Below, piece by piece: positions 20,788-30,245 of a DNA stretch of 64,000 nucleotides. The DNA is taken from positions 2,592,001 to 2,656,000 of the forward strand of contig JAXHMG010000003.1 in the NCBI GenBank assembly GCA_034521595.1. The letters run 5' to 3'. The position numbers were made by a program, and so were the translations under genes. The notes under the pieces were generated by a model. It made no database searches and had not been told where the DNA came from. It saw nothing but the letters and a program-made list of their open reading frames with translations. This stretch comes from Gemmatimonadota bacterium (GTDB taxonomy: Bacteria > Gemmatimonadota > Gemmatimonadetes > Longimicrobiales > Gaopeijiaceae). The number at the start of each line of letters is the position of its first letter. Within the stretch, counting starts at the first letter, position 1.

Positions 20788-21270
20788 CCTGCAGCCGATC
20801 GGCACGGGGATCCGGATCACATTCTCGTCACCCGGGTCCCGGTCCGTGCCGTCGGAGAACACGTCGAACACCTGAAAGAGCAGGAACGCCGTTCCGGCAG
20901 CGCCGGCCCCGACCAACAGGCCGGTTTTCCCCACGCTGAACTCCCGTCGGTCCACCGTCAGCACTTCCCCTTCGGGTACCCGAATCACTTGATCGATCGG
21001 CGAACGAACCCCGGTCGGGTCGGTCACCACCGGGATCCGCAGCATGAGCGACGGGCCCTCGCGCCCGACGTATCGACCCTGGATGACCGGCCGCAGCTCG
21101 TTGGAATCCATGACCCGCGCGACCTCTTCGGAGCCGGTCCGGGTCACCACGAGCCGCACGTTTTCCCCGGGCGGCACGGCGGCCATCTCCGTGGGGGTGT
21201 AGGAATAACAGCCGGAAGTCAGCACGAGACCGGCCAGAGGTCCCATCCAAAGCCATGATCGTTTCACCAC
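20788..21270 (-). CDS. Hypothetical lipoprotein with C-terminal TM segment; probable stop lost at about 20790
   Basis: GGAGG RBS and lipobox LVLTSG-C. As sequenced, the frame reads on to 20281, through the terminator and susD. Confidence 0.65.
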
Positions 21271-21431
21271 GCCGTCCTCCACGATGTAGGTGGCGGCGGA
21301 ACAGGTCGTTGCCGCCGGAGCCCGGATCCAAGAGAGGCGCCCGGCGCGACTTCCGTCAAGGCTTACGTTCGTCCATGTCGCGCCGTCCGTTGCATCCCCC
21401 ACCCCCCACGGACACCTTTCTGGTCTGATCC

Positions 21432-22385
21432 GTGAGCCTCAGGCCCCTCGACTCGAGAGGCCGTCGCCCGTCCCGAGCGGCGGCCGCCCCCATGCGCGCG
21501 ACCCCACCCCCTCACACGACGGATGCTCGCGTACGCGCGAGAGCGTTCTACGAGCTGACGAAGCCGGGCATCGCCGGCTACGTCATGGTGACCGCCGGTG
21601 CGAGCGCGTACGTGGGGTCCGGGGGCACGCTCGAGTTCGCCACGGCGATCCACACGATGGCAGGGACGGGGCTCGCCACGGCCGGCGCGCTTTCCCTGAA
21701 CCAGTACGTGGAGCGGGACATCGACGCGGTCATGGTCCGCACGCGCGACCGGCCGATTCCCTCGGGACGCCTCACCCCGATGGAAGCCCTCGCGTTCGGC
21801 GCGGTCGTCCTCATGGGTGGCCTGATCTATCTCGCGGGCATGGTGGGGGCTCTTCCGGCGGCCCTGGCGGCCGCGAGCGCGATCGTGTACCACGGCGTCT
21901 ACACCCCTCTCAAGACCCGTTCCTACCTGGCGACGCTCGCCGGCTCCGTACCCGGTGCTCTTCCCATGCTCATCGGCTGGACGGCCGCCACCGACACCAT
22001 CGGCGTGGGCGGACTCGCGCTCTTCGCCATCGGCTACCTCTGGCAGCTTCCCCACGTATTGGGTCTCGCCTGGATGCTCCGTGAGGACTACGCGCGGGTG
22101 GGGTTCAAGCTCATTCCCGAGGGTGGAGCCGACGCGATCGGCCGGCAGATGGTAGTGGCAACCGCGCTCCTGGTACCGGTGAGCTGGCTTCCGACTCTGC
22201 TGGGCCTCACGGGGAGCGTGTATCTGGCGGGGGCTACCTTGCTCGGACTGGCGTTCCTGTGGCGGGCGCGCGCGGCGTCGCGGGAGCTCACGGAGGCGTC
22301 GGCCCGGCACCTGTTCTTCGGTTCGCTGCTCTATCATCCGCTCCTGTTGTGCCTCATGGTGTTCGATACCCTGCGGATCTCCTGA
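21432..22385 (+). CDS. cyoE: Protoheme IX farnesyltransferase (heme o synthase)
   Basis: ELTKPGI, NQYVERDIDAVMVRTRDRPIPSGR, YTPLK, WQLPH, EDYARVG. Alternative start 21492. Confidence 0.95.
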   Translation: MSLRPLDSRGRRPSRAAAAPMRATPPPHTTDARVRARAFYELTKPGIAGYVMVTAGASAYVGSGGTLEFATAIHTMAGTGLATAGALSLNQYVERDIDAVMVRTRDRPIPSGRLTPMEALAFGAVVLMGGLIYLAGMVGALPAALAAASAIVYHGVYTPLKTRSYLATLAGSVPGALPMLIGWTAATDTIGVGGLALFAIGYLWQLPHVLGLAWMLREDYARVGFKLIPEGGADAIGRQMVVATALLVPVSWLPTLLGLTGSVYLAGATLLGLAFLWRARAASRELTEASARHLFFGSLLYHPLLLCLMVFDTLRIS

Positions 22386-22423
22386 GACCCTCGCGTGACA
22401 CCCCGAAGAGGAGGAACGACATC

Positions 22424-23659
22424 GTGAACTCGACGAGCCCTCTGACGACTTCCCGGCACGCCCGGAAATCGCGGCGCCACGTCGCACGGACGGTGCTCCT
22501 GGCGGTCATGTCGGGAGCGTTGGCGGTGCCCTCCCTCGCCTCGGCCCAGGAGGAACGGCCCCGGGCACGCGACCTCGGGATGCGGGTCGGCATCTTCGAG
22601 CCCGGGCCGGACAACGCGATCACCGACGTGGCCGGCGTACGGGTCGGACACAGCACGGTGATCACGCCGCCGAACATCCGGACGGGCGTGACGGCCGTTC
22701 TTCCGCACGGCGGCAACGCGTACCGCTCACGGGTGCCGGCGGCGATCCACGTCGGCAACGGCTTCGGCAAGCTTCTCGGCGTCACTCAGGTTCGCGAGCT
22801 CGGGGAGCTGGAGACGCCGATCCTGCTCACCTGCACGCTCTGCGTCTGGAAAGCGGCCGACGCAATGGTGGAATGGATGCTCGAGCGACCCGACATGGAG
22901 AACGTGCGGTCGCTCAACGCCGTCGTCGGCGAGACGAACGACGGCGGGCTGAGCGACATCCGTGCCCGTCCCATCGAGGCGGAGCACGTGAGGGACGCGC
23001 TCGAGTCGGCGTCGACGGGGCCGGTCGAGGAAGGAGCGGTCGGGGCCGGCGCCGGGACGGCGGCTTTCGGGTGGAAGGGCGGGATCGGCACGAGTAGCCG
23101 GGAGCTCCCGCGCTCGCTGGGTGGCTACACGCTGGGCGTGCTCGTGCAGTCGAACTTCGGTGGGGTGCTGCGGATGAACGGCGCCCCGGTCGGCGTCGAG
23201 CTCGGCCAGTTCTCGTTCTCGAACCAAGTCGACCAACCCGACGGCCCATCACCCGATCCGGACGCCGATCCGCAGGAGTGGGGGTCGATCATGATCGTCG
23301 TCGCGACCGACGCGCCCCTGTCCGACCGCAACCTGGAGCGGCTGGCGAGCCGGGCCATCATGGGCCTCGCGCGCACGGGATCCCACGCGAGCAACGGCTC
23401 GGGCGACTACGTGATCGCGTTCTCGACCGCCAACCGGGTGCGGCGGGGCGGAAGCGCGGATCTCCGCAGTCACGAGGAGCTTCCGAACAACCGGACGAGC
23501 GCGCTCTTCCGGGCCGCGGTCGAGGCGACCGAGGAGGCCATCTACAACTCTCTGCTCCGGGCGGAGACGGTCACGAGCAACGGTCGCACCGTCGAGGCGC
23601 TGCCGCTCGAACCGACGATCGAGATTCTCAGGCGGTACGGAGCGATTCCCCCGGGATAG
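22424..23659 (+). CDS. P1/S58 family aminopeptidase (DmpA-like), exported
   Basis: NAITDVAGVRVGH, EEGAVGAGAG, KGGIGTSS, VQSNFG, autocleavage G|SIMIVVATDAP; signal peptide; GAGGAGG RBS. Confidence 0.92.
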   Translation: MNSTSPLTTSRHARKSRRHVARTVLLAVMSGALAVPSLASAQEERPRARDLGMRVGIFEPGPDNAITDVAGVRVGHSTVITPPNIRTGVTAVLPHGGNAYRSRVPAAIHVGNGFGKLLGVTQVRELGELETPILLTCTLCVWKAADAMVEWMLERPDMENVRSLNAVVGETNDGGLSDIRARPIEAEHVRDALESASTGPVEEGAVGAGAGTAAFGWKGGIGTSSRELPRSLGGYTLGVLVQSNFGGVLRMNGAPVGVELGQFSFSNQVDQPDGPSPDPDADPQEWGSIMIVVATDAPLSDRNLERLASRAIMGLARTGSHASNGSGDYVIAFSTANRVRRGGSADLRSHEELPNNRTSALFRAAVEATEEAIYNSLLRAETVTSNGRTVEALPLEPTIEILRRYGAIPPG

Positions 23660-23741
23660 CGATCCATCCCTCCGAACTACCGGGTCGGATTCCGGAAACG
23701 AGGCTCAGCCGGAGGAATGGCGACGTCTACGCCGGGCGCCG

Positions 23742-25136
23742 CTAAAGCTCGTGGGAGTCTCCCCGCTCTGGGATCGCCACATCATCGTGTCCGGCGTCGG
23801 CGAGCGCCGCGCGGAGCGCGCTCTGCCGCTCCGGCTCTCCGTGCACCAGGAAGATCCGCCGGAGCCGCTGACGGTCGAGTCGCCCGATGAACTCGACGAG
23901 CTCGGGTTCGTCGGCGTGCGCGGAGTAGGAGTTCATCACCTCGACCTCGGCATTGAGATCGTGGGGCTCTCCGAAGATGGGGATCACCGGCTGCCGGTCC
24001 ACGATGCGCCTCGCGAGGGTGTGCTCCGCGCAGTAGCCGACGATCATGACCGTGTTCCTTCGGTCCTCGACGTTGTTCCGAAGGTGGTGCAGAATGCGTC
24101 CGGCCTCCGCCATGCCCGAAGCCGAGATGATGACCATGGGTAGCCGGGAGCCGTTGAGCTTTTTCGACTCTTCGACGTCCCGGATGTAGATGAGCCGGGA
24201 AAATCCGAAGGGCTGTGGGTCGCGCTCCATGTACTCCCGCAGATCCGCGTCGAAGCACTCGGGATGCCGGCGGAAGATGTCGGTGACGTTGACCGCGAGC
24301 GGGCTGTCCACGAACACCGGAATGGTCGGGAGGCGTCCCTCGTTCTCGAGTTGGTCGAGCCGGTGGACGATCTCCTGGGTTCGCCCGACCGCGAAAGCCG
24401 GAATGATGACCTTGCCGCCACGTGCCGCCGTTCGCCCCACGACCTCCGCGAGCCGTTCCTTGGCCCGGTCGGGAGGCTCGTGGGTCTCACCACCGTAGGT
24501 CGATTCGGTGATCAGGTAGTCGCAGTCGGCCATGGTCCGCGGGTCGCGAAGGATGGGGCGTTCGGCACGGCCCACGTCCCCCGTGAATCCGAGCTTCACC
24601 GTGCGCGTGCCTTCGCGCAGAGTGAGCACCATCGTCGCCGATCCCAGAATATGTCCGGCATCGCGGTACTCCACCTCCAACCCGGGCAACGGAGCGAACG
24701 GCGCATCGTAGGAGACGCCCTCGAACTGCTCCATGACCGCCTCCGCGTCCTCCATGCCGTACAGCGCTTCGATACGGTCGGCGCCCCGACGCCGCTCCCG
24801 CCTGTTCACCCACTCCGCGTCCTTCTCCTGGATGAACGCGCTGTCCCGCAGCATCGCGCTGCACAGGTCTTCCGTCGCGTGGGTCGCGTAGATCTTCCCG
24901 CGGAACCCTTCACGATGGAGCAGGGGGAGGAGGCCGGAATGGTCGATGTGCGCGTGCGACAAGAGCACCGCGTCGAGCTCGGCCGGATCGACCGGGAAGG
25001 AGTGGTTGAGGCGGCGTGCTTCGGCTCTCCGCCCCTGAAAGAGCCCACAGTCGAGAAGGACCCGCCCCCCTTCGTACTCGACGAGGTGCGCCGATCCCGT
25101 CACGGTTCGCGCCGCCCCCCAAAAACTGACTCTCAC
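23742..25136 (-). CDS. Beta-CASP metallo-beta-lactamase fold ribonuclease
   Basis: GAARTVTGS, SHAHIDHSG, AGHILGS, ESTYG, FAVGRTQE, SASGM, YSAHAD. Confidence 0.93.
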   Translation of the reverse strand: MRVSFWGAARTVTGSAHLVEYEGGRVLLDCGLFQGRRAEARRLNHSFPVDPAELDAVLLSHAHIDHSGLLPLLHREGFRGKIYATHATEDLCSAMLRDSAFIQEKDAEWVNRRERRRGADRIEALYGMEDAEAVMEQFEGVSYDAPFAPLPGLEVEYRDAGHILGSATMVLTLREGTRTVKLGFTGDVGRAERPILRDPRTMADCDYLITESTYGGETHEPPDRAKERLAEVVGRTAARGGKVIIPAFAVGRTQEIVHRLDQLENEGRLPTIPVFVDSPLAVNVTDIFRRHPECFDADLREYMERDPQPFGFSRLIYIRDVEESKKLNGSRLPMVIISASGMAEAGRILHHLRNNVEDRRNTVMIVGYCAEHTLARRIVDRQPVIPIFGEPHDLNAEVEVMNSYSAHADEPELVEFIGRLDRQRLRRIFLVHGEPERQSALRAALADAGHDDVAIPERGDSHEL

Positions 25137-25179
25137 CGCGAACCGGTCACCTGAGGGGCGCACGCCACGGCACGCCCGC

Positions 25180-25222
25180 CCGGCACCGCCACGCGGAGCC
25201 GGGCTCCACGTGGCGGTGCCGG
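25180..25222. repeat. Long GC-rich inverted repeat (about 20-bp stem) after serA
   Basis: CCGGCACCGCCACGCGGAGCC-G-GGCTCCACGTGGCGGTGCCGG. Confidence 0.7.
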
Positions 25223-25229
25223 AACGACG

Positions 25230-26831
25230 TCATCCAAGCGAGACCACGACCGCCGAGGTGACCTCGTCGAGCTCGAGCAACGCGTCACGGATGTCCGGCG
25301 ACACGTGCCCGTCCACCACCACGGCGGCCAACGCATGACCACCCTTGTCGAGCCGAGCCTGGTGATACCCGGCGATGTTGATGCCGTGGTCTCCCAGTAT
25401 CGAGCCGACGCGACCGATCACGCCGGGCACGTCTTCGTTCTTGAGGACCACGAGGGTGCCTTCGGGCACGACGTCGACATGGTAGTCCGCGATACGGACG
25501 ACCCGGGGGTGGGCGTCCCCGAGGAGCGCGCCGGCGAGCTTGAGATCGCCCCGCTCCGCCTTGATGTCGACCTCCACGTACTCCGTGTAGTCCGCGTGCC
25601 GTGCGAGGGTCGTCCGGGACACGCCGATTTCGCGCTCCTTCGCGAGGTGTCCGGCGCTCACGAAGTTGACCTCGTCACGTCCGAGGATGTTCTCGAGCAA
25701 ACCGACCAACACGTAGCTCGTAAGCGGGCGCAGTGCCTCGTCCGACTCCCCGGCGTACCGGATCTCGACCTCTTCGATACCGCCCGGTGCCAGCGCGCAG
25801 CCCAGGTAGCCCAGCTGGCGTCCCAGATCGAAGAGCGGTCGAAGCGCGCGCAACGTCTCGCTTCCGATGGCCGGAGCGTTCAGCGCTCGCGAAAGATCTC
25901 CGCGCGAGAGCGCGTCCCGCACCGCTTGGGAGATCTCGGTGGCGACCAACTCCTGTGCCTCTTCGGTCGAAGCACCGAGGTGAGGCGTCAGGACCGTGTT
26001 GGGAGCCGACCGCAAAGGCGAATCGTCTTCGAGCGGCTCGTTCGCGTACACGTCGATCGCCGCCCCTGCGATCTCGCCGCTCTCCAGCGCCCGCGCGAGC
26101 GCGGCCTCTTCCACCACGCCGCCCCGGGCCACATTCACCACGAACGCGCCCTTCTTCATGCGCGCCAACGCATCGCCATCAATGAGATTACGAGTCTGCT
26201 CGGTCAGCGGAACGTGGAGCGAAAGCACGTCGGCGGACTCGATCACGGTGTCGAGCTCGGCTCTCTCGAAACCGAGGTCCTCGGCACGCTCGTCGGTGAG
26301 GTAGGGGTCGTATGCGAGCACCCGCATGCCGAAAGCACGGCATCGCCGTCCGACGGTGCCCCCGATGCGGCCGGCCCCGACCAATCCGAGCGTCCGGCCC
26401 CTCAACTCCACACCACGGAACTTCGAGCGGGCCCACTCGCCCCGGCGCACCGAAGCGTCGGCTTCCGGGACGCGGCGAAGCATCGACATCATGATCGCCA
26501 TCGTGAGCTCGGCCGCGGACACCGTGTTGCCGGCCGGAGCGTTGAGCACCGCGATTCCTCGGGCGGTAGCGGCCTCCAGGTCGATGTTGTCCACCCCGAC
26601 TCCGGCCCTTCCGACGACCTGGAGGTTCGGTGCCTTCTTCAACAGGTCCTCGCGAACCTTCGTGGCGCTCCGCACCACGAGGCCATGGGCCCGGGCGAGC
26701 GCCTCGTCGAACTCCTCGGAAGTGGAGTCGTTGATCTGGACGATCTCGAAGCGATCATCGGCCGAGAACGGCTCGAGTCCAGACGCCGACACTTTGTCCG
26801 TCACCAGGACCAGGAAACGTTCACCGCTCAT
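25230..26831 (-). CDS. serA: D-3-phosphoglycerate dehydrogenase (long form, ASB+ACT)
   Basis: GRAGVGVDNID, GAGRIG, NVARGG, TPHLGAST, C-terminal DVPGVIG ACT domain. Confidence 0.96.
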   Translation of the reverse strand: MSGERFLVLVTDKVSASGLEPFSADDRFEIVQINDSTSEEFDEALARAHGLVVRSATKVREDLLKKAPNLQVVGRAGVGVDNIDLEAATARGIAVLNAPAGNTVSAAELTMAIMMSMLRRVPEADASVRRGEWARSKFRGVELRGRTLGLVGAGRIGGTVGRRCRAFGMRVLAYDPYLTDERAEDLGFERAELDTVIESADVLSLHVPLTEQTRNLIDGDALARMKKGAFVVNVARGGVVEEAALARALESGEIAGAAIDVYANEPLEDDSPLRSAPNTVLTPHLGASTEEAQELVATEISQAVRDALSRGDLSRALNAPAIGSETLRALRPLFDLGRQLGYLGCALAPGGIEEVEIRYAGESDEALRPLTSYVLVGLLENILGRDEVNFVSAGHLAKEREIGVSRTTLARHADYTEYVEVDIKAERGDLKLAGALLGDAHPRVVRIADYHVDVVPEGTLVVLKNEDVPGVIGRVGSILGDHGINIAGYHQARLDKGGHALAAVVVDGHVSPDIRDALLELDEVTSAVVVSLG

Positions 26832-27940
26832 CGGACCACCTCCGTCAGCTGCGTGAGGAGCGCCTCGAGCTCATCGAGGGTATGCTCCCCCATGTGACCG
26901 ATGCGGAACGTCGTCGGCTTGAGCTTGCCGTAGCCCCCGCCGATGACCCATCCCCGCTCGGCCATGCCCTTCACGATCTCCGGCGCCTCGACATCCTCGG
27001 GAACCCGAATCGCCGTGACCGCCGGCGAACGGTAGCCCTCGGGAGCCAGGACGGAGAAATCGAGACCGGCCTCCCGCATCTCGTCGACCCAGGCGTACGT
27101 CCGCTCGGCCATCTTCGCATGACGCGCCCAGCGTGCATCGAGTCCCTCCTCGAGAATCCTCCCGAGCTGGACCTGCAGGGCGAACATCACGGACAGGGCG
27201 GGCGTCGACGGAGTCTGGAACTTGTCGGCGTTCTTCTCGAACTGCTCGAAATCGAAGTAAAAGCCCTTGTTCGGCGACTCCTCGGAGCGTGCCAACATCC
27301 GCTCCGAGGCCACGCCGAACGCCAGCCCGGGAGGCAGGGCCAGCGCCTTCTGCGCTCCGGTGAGGAGGAAGTCGATGCCCCATTCGTCCGTCCGCACCTC
27401 CGTGGCGCTGAAGCCCGAGACGGAATCCACCATGATCACCACGTCGTCGAACTCGTGAACGACCTGCGCGAGCGCACGGATATCGTTCAGCACACCCGTG
27501 GAGGTCTCCGAATGGGCCACGGTGACGGTGCCGTACTCCCCCGTGGCGAGCCGCTTCCGGAGCTCCTCCGGGTCGTGCGCCTCCCCCCAGGGGAGCGCGT
27601 ATTCGTCGGCGTCGAGCCCGTTCGTCCGGGCGATCGTCGCGAACCGGTCGCTGAACGCGCCGTTCACCAGCGAGAGGACCTTACGACCGCCCGAGTTGCG
27701 GACGGCGGCCTCCATCAGGCCCGTGGCGGACGACGTCGAGACGTAGACGTGACGCTTCGTGAGAAAGATGGCCTGAAGTCCGTCGTCCAGCTCGCGCATG
27801 AGCGCCTGGATGCCGGCGCCACGATGCGAGATCATGGCGCGCGTTTGGGCCTGAAGGACGTCGGGATGGACTTCGGTGGGACCAGGTAGGAAAAAGCGGC
27901 CGAACGGCGTGTCGGCGCCCTCGGAAGTGGGCTGATTCAA
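26828..27940 (-). CDS. Class V PLP aminotransferase (alanine-glyoxylate/serine type), probably phosphoserine aminotransferase role
   Basis: LPGPTEV, HSETSTGV, VDSVS, GAQKALALPPG, FRIGHMG; coupled to serA. Confidence 0.9.
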   Translation of the reverse strand: MNQPTSEGADTPFGRFFLPGPTEVHPDVLQAQTRAMISHRGAGIQALMRELDDGLQAIFLTKRHVYVSTSSATGLMEAAVRNSGGRKVLSLVNGAFSDRFATIARTNGLDADEYALPWGEAHDPEELRKRLATGEYGTVTVAHSETSTGVLNDIRALAQVVHEFDDVVIMVDSVSGFSATEVRTDEWGIDFLLTGAQKALALPPGLAFGVASERMLARSEESPNKGFYFDFEQFEKNADKFQTPSTPALSVMFALQVQLGRILEEGLDARWARHAKMAERTYAWVDEMREAGLDFSVLAPEGYRSPAVTAIRVPEDVEAPEIVKGMAERGWVIGGGYGKLKPTTFRIGHMGEHTLDELEALLTQLTEVVR

Positions 27941-28029
27941 GGGTCGATCTCCCCGCTTGCTGCGACGTTATTACGTGAATCCGCGCCAGGAGGCGCAGTA
28001 CGGCAAGCTAACGAATCGACGAAGCTTTT

Positions 28030-28584
28030 CTAGGGAGCGGGGGTGGATGCGCCCGAAGCCGGGGCCTCTCTCCAGTGATCTCGCCAGCGGATGTAGTGCA
28101 CCGTCGTCACCCCCGCTCGGTCCAACACCGCGAGCCCCGACGGGTCCCGGTACGCCTCGCGGTAGAACAGGTGCGAGACGTGCGCCTGGATCATGAGCTT
28201 CGCACACATGACACAAGGGCTCGCAGTGACGAACGCCACCTTGTCGCGCATCTCGCCGGGCGCCTTCACCAGCGCGTTCATCTCGGAATGGATGCAGCCG
28301 CAGCGGCCGGCTTCGTCCGAGTCACAACGATTCGGGAAACCGCGCGCGTTGCCGTTGTAGCCGATCGCGACGACGTGCTCGAGGCGTGGATCGGTCAGGA
28401 CCGTGCCCACCCGTAGGCGCGCGCAGGTGGAGCGCTTGGCGAGCTCTTCTGCCATGCGCATGTACACCTCGTAGAGCGGCGGACGGGTGACGGCGTCGAC
28501 CGGGGAGACGAAATCCTCCGGTACCTCCGCCACGTTGAGCGGATGCGTGTTCTCGGCTACGAGGTCCTTGTGGATCAGCGGCAC
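28030..28584 (-). CDS. dCMP deaminase (ComEB-like)
   Basis: RSTC.R..VG, GYNG, HSEMNAL, SPCVMCAK; AGGAG RBS before GTG 28584. Confidence 0.9.
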   Translation of the reverse strand: MPLIHKDLVAENTHPLNVAEVPEDFVSPVDAVTRPPLYEVYMRMAEELAKRSTCARLRVGTVLTDPRLEHVVAIGYNGNARGFPNRCDSDEAGRCGCIHSEMNALVKAPGEMRDKVAFVTASPCVMCAKLMIQAHVSHLFYREAYRDPSGLAVLDRAGVTTVHYIRWRDHWREAPASGASTPAP

Positions 28585-28627
28585 CGCATTGCTCCTGTTG
28601 ACCGTGAGACGCGGCGGACGCGGTGGG

Positions 28628-30193
28628 TCAGTCCCACCCGAGTCCCTGCATGAACACACGCGCCTGCAGGTACTCCACCGGCGCCCACTCGTCGGTGAAC
28701 GCCCGTCCGCGCGCCGGAACCGAAGCCTTCTCGCCCGACCAAGCCGGGAGCGTGGCTTCATCCGCCCCCGCCACGACGATCACGTTTTGCGTCACCCGCC
28801 GGTCCTCCTCGGGCGTCACCAGGAAGAAGCGTGTTTCGCCGAACACGTCCTCCAGCGTCGCTCGCAGGCGGCGCAAAAAGGCCGCGCCCGGCCCGTCGAG
28901 AGGCGAAAGCACGTTCGCGACGAACAACCCTCCGGGTTCCAGCCGCGCGGCCATGCCGGCGAACGCTTCCCGCGTGACCATCGTCCACGGAACTGTGAGG
29001 AGATGGTCGAAGACGTCCATGTACACGACGTCATAACGCCGGTCGGTCGCCCGCAGATACACCCGAGCGTCCTCATGGACCACCCTCATGGCATCCGGTG
29101 GTAGCTTCCCCGCCGCGAAGTGCGTTCGGGCGATCCGCGTCACCGCGGGATCGATCTCGACCACGTCGACCGCCAGGTCGGGGTGTCGCTCGAGGAAGGC
29201 CACGGGCAGGGTGAGCGCCGCCCCGCCGAGCACGAGGACCGATCCCGCACGGGCAAGGACGTCGTCGAGGAGGTCGAGGCTCGCGGTCGCGTACGGGTGG
29301 GCCGGACGCCCGTCGTCGACGTACTCCGCTGACGAAGATCCCCCGTTTTGCCACAGCTCACGAACGCGGCGACCGTCGGCCCAGGGTCGCTCGGTCACCT
29401 GCACCGAAGCGTAGAGGGTCTGCTCGCGATGTACGACGGAGTCGGCAGGGCGGTCCGAGATCCAGGTAACCGCTCCCACGGCGAGCGCTGCCATGACGAG
29501 TGAGCCGTCGGAGACCCGTCCGACGAGGAGACGGCCGGCGAGCGCCGCCATGACGAAGAGCATGACGGCCGTCACGGCCATGAGCGTCGGGAGCGGGACC
29601 AGCGGCAGCAGCACGAAGCCGGTGGCGAACGAGCCCGCGATGGATCCGGCGGTCGCCGCCGCGCTCAGATCTCCGGCACGCCGTCCCACGGTCCCCAAGC
29701 TCTCGGTGTCCGCCTGGACGAGGAAAGGCACGACCGCGCCCAGACACAGCACCGAGGGCGCGAAGAGCAAGACCGCGCTGGCGACGGCTCCCGGTATGAA
29801 GCCGAGCACGTCCCGGGCGACCCACGGAACCTCGCCCCCGAGCACCGGAAGCACCGCGGTCACCCCCGCGAGGGTGAGGATCAGCGCGAGCGGAACGGTG
29901 CCCCGGTCGGCGAGACGCCCTCCGAGATGGCTCCCCACCGCGAGAGCCGCGAGAATCACGCCGATGACCGCTGTCCAGGGCACCGCCGAGAGTCCGAACA
30001 CGGGCGCGATCATCCGCGCGCCTGCGATCTCGATGGTCAGGACCGCGAAGCCCGAAGCGAACGCGAGCACGAAGAGGCCGAGGCGACGAAGCGTGCGCCG
30101 ACCGCCGTCCGACGTCGTCCCCACGGGCGAGCGCCCACCACCGACGGTCTCCCCGTCGGCGCTCCTGACGTGTTCCTGCTCCTGTGCTCGCAA
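28628..30193 (-). CDS. Fused MFS-like membrane domain/spermidine synthase-like methyltransferase
   Basis: FASGFAVLTIEIAGARMIAPVFG TM region; VVEIDPAV, EDARVYL, YDVVYMDVF. Start uncertain. Confidence 0.85.
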   Translation of the reverse strand: MRAQEQEHVRSADGETVGGGRSPVGTTSDGGRRTLRRLGLFVLAFASGFAVLTIEIAGARMIAPVFGLSAVPWTAVIGVILAALAVGSHLGGRLADRGTVPLALILTLAGVTAVLPVLGGEVPWVARDVLGFIPGAVASAVLLFAPSVLCLGAVVPFLVQADTESLGTVGRRAGDLSAAATAGSIAGSFATGFVLLPLVPLPTLMAVTAVMLFVMAALAGRLLVGRVSDGSLVMAALAVGAVTWISDRPADSVVHREQTLYASVQVTERPWADGRRVRELWQNGGSSSAEYVDDGRPAHPYATASLDLLDDVLARAGSVLVLGGAALTLPVAFLERHPDLAVDVVEIDPAVTRIARTHFAAGKLPPDAMRVVHEDARVYLRATDRRYDVVYMDVFDHLLTVPWTMVTREAFAGMAARLEPGGLFVANVLSPLDGPGAAFLRRLRATLEDVFGETRFFLVTPEEDRRVTQNVIVVAGADEATLPAWSGEKASVPARGRAFTDEWAPVEYLQARVFMQGLGWD

Positions 30194-30245
30194 CGCCCGA
30201 CGCCTCCCGAATGAGCGGCTGCTCGACGACGCGGAGCTTCCTCTG

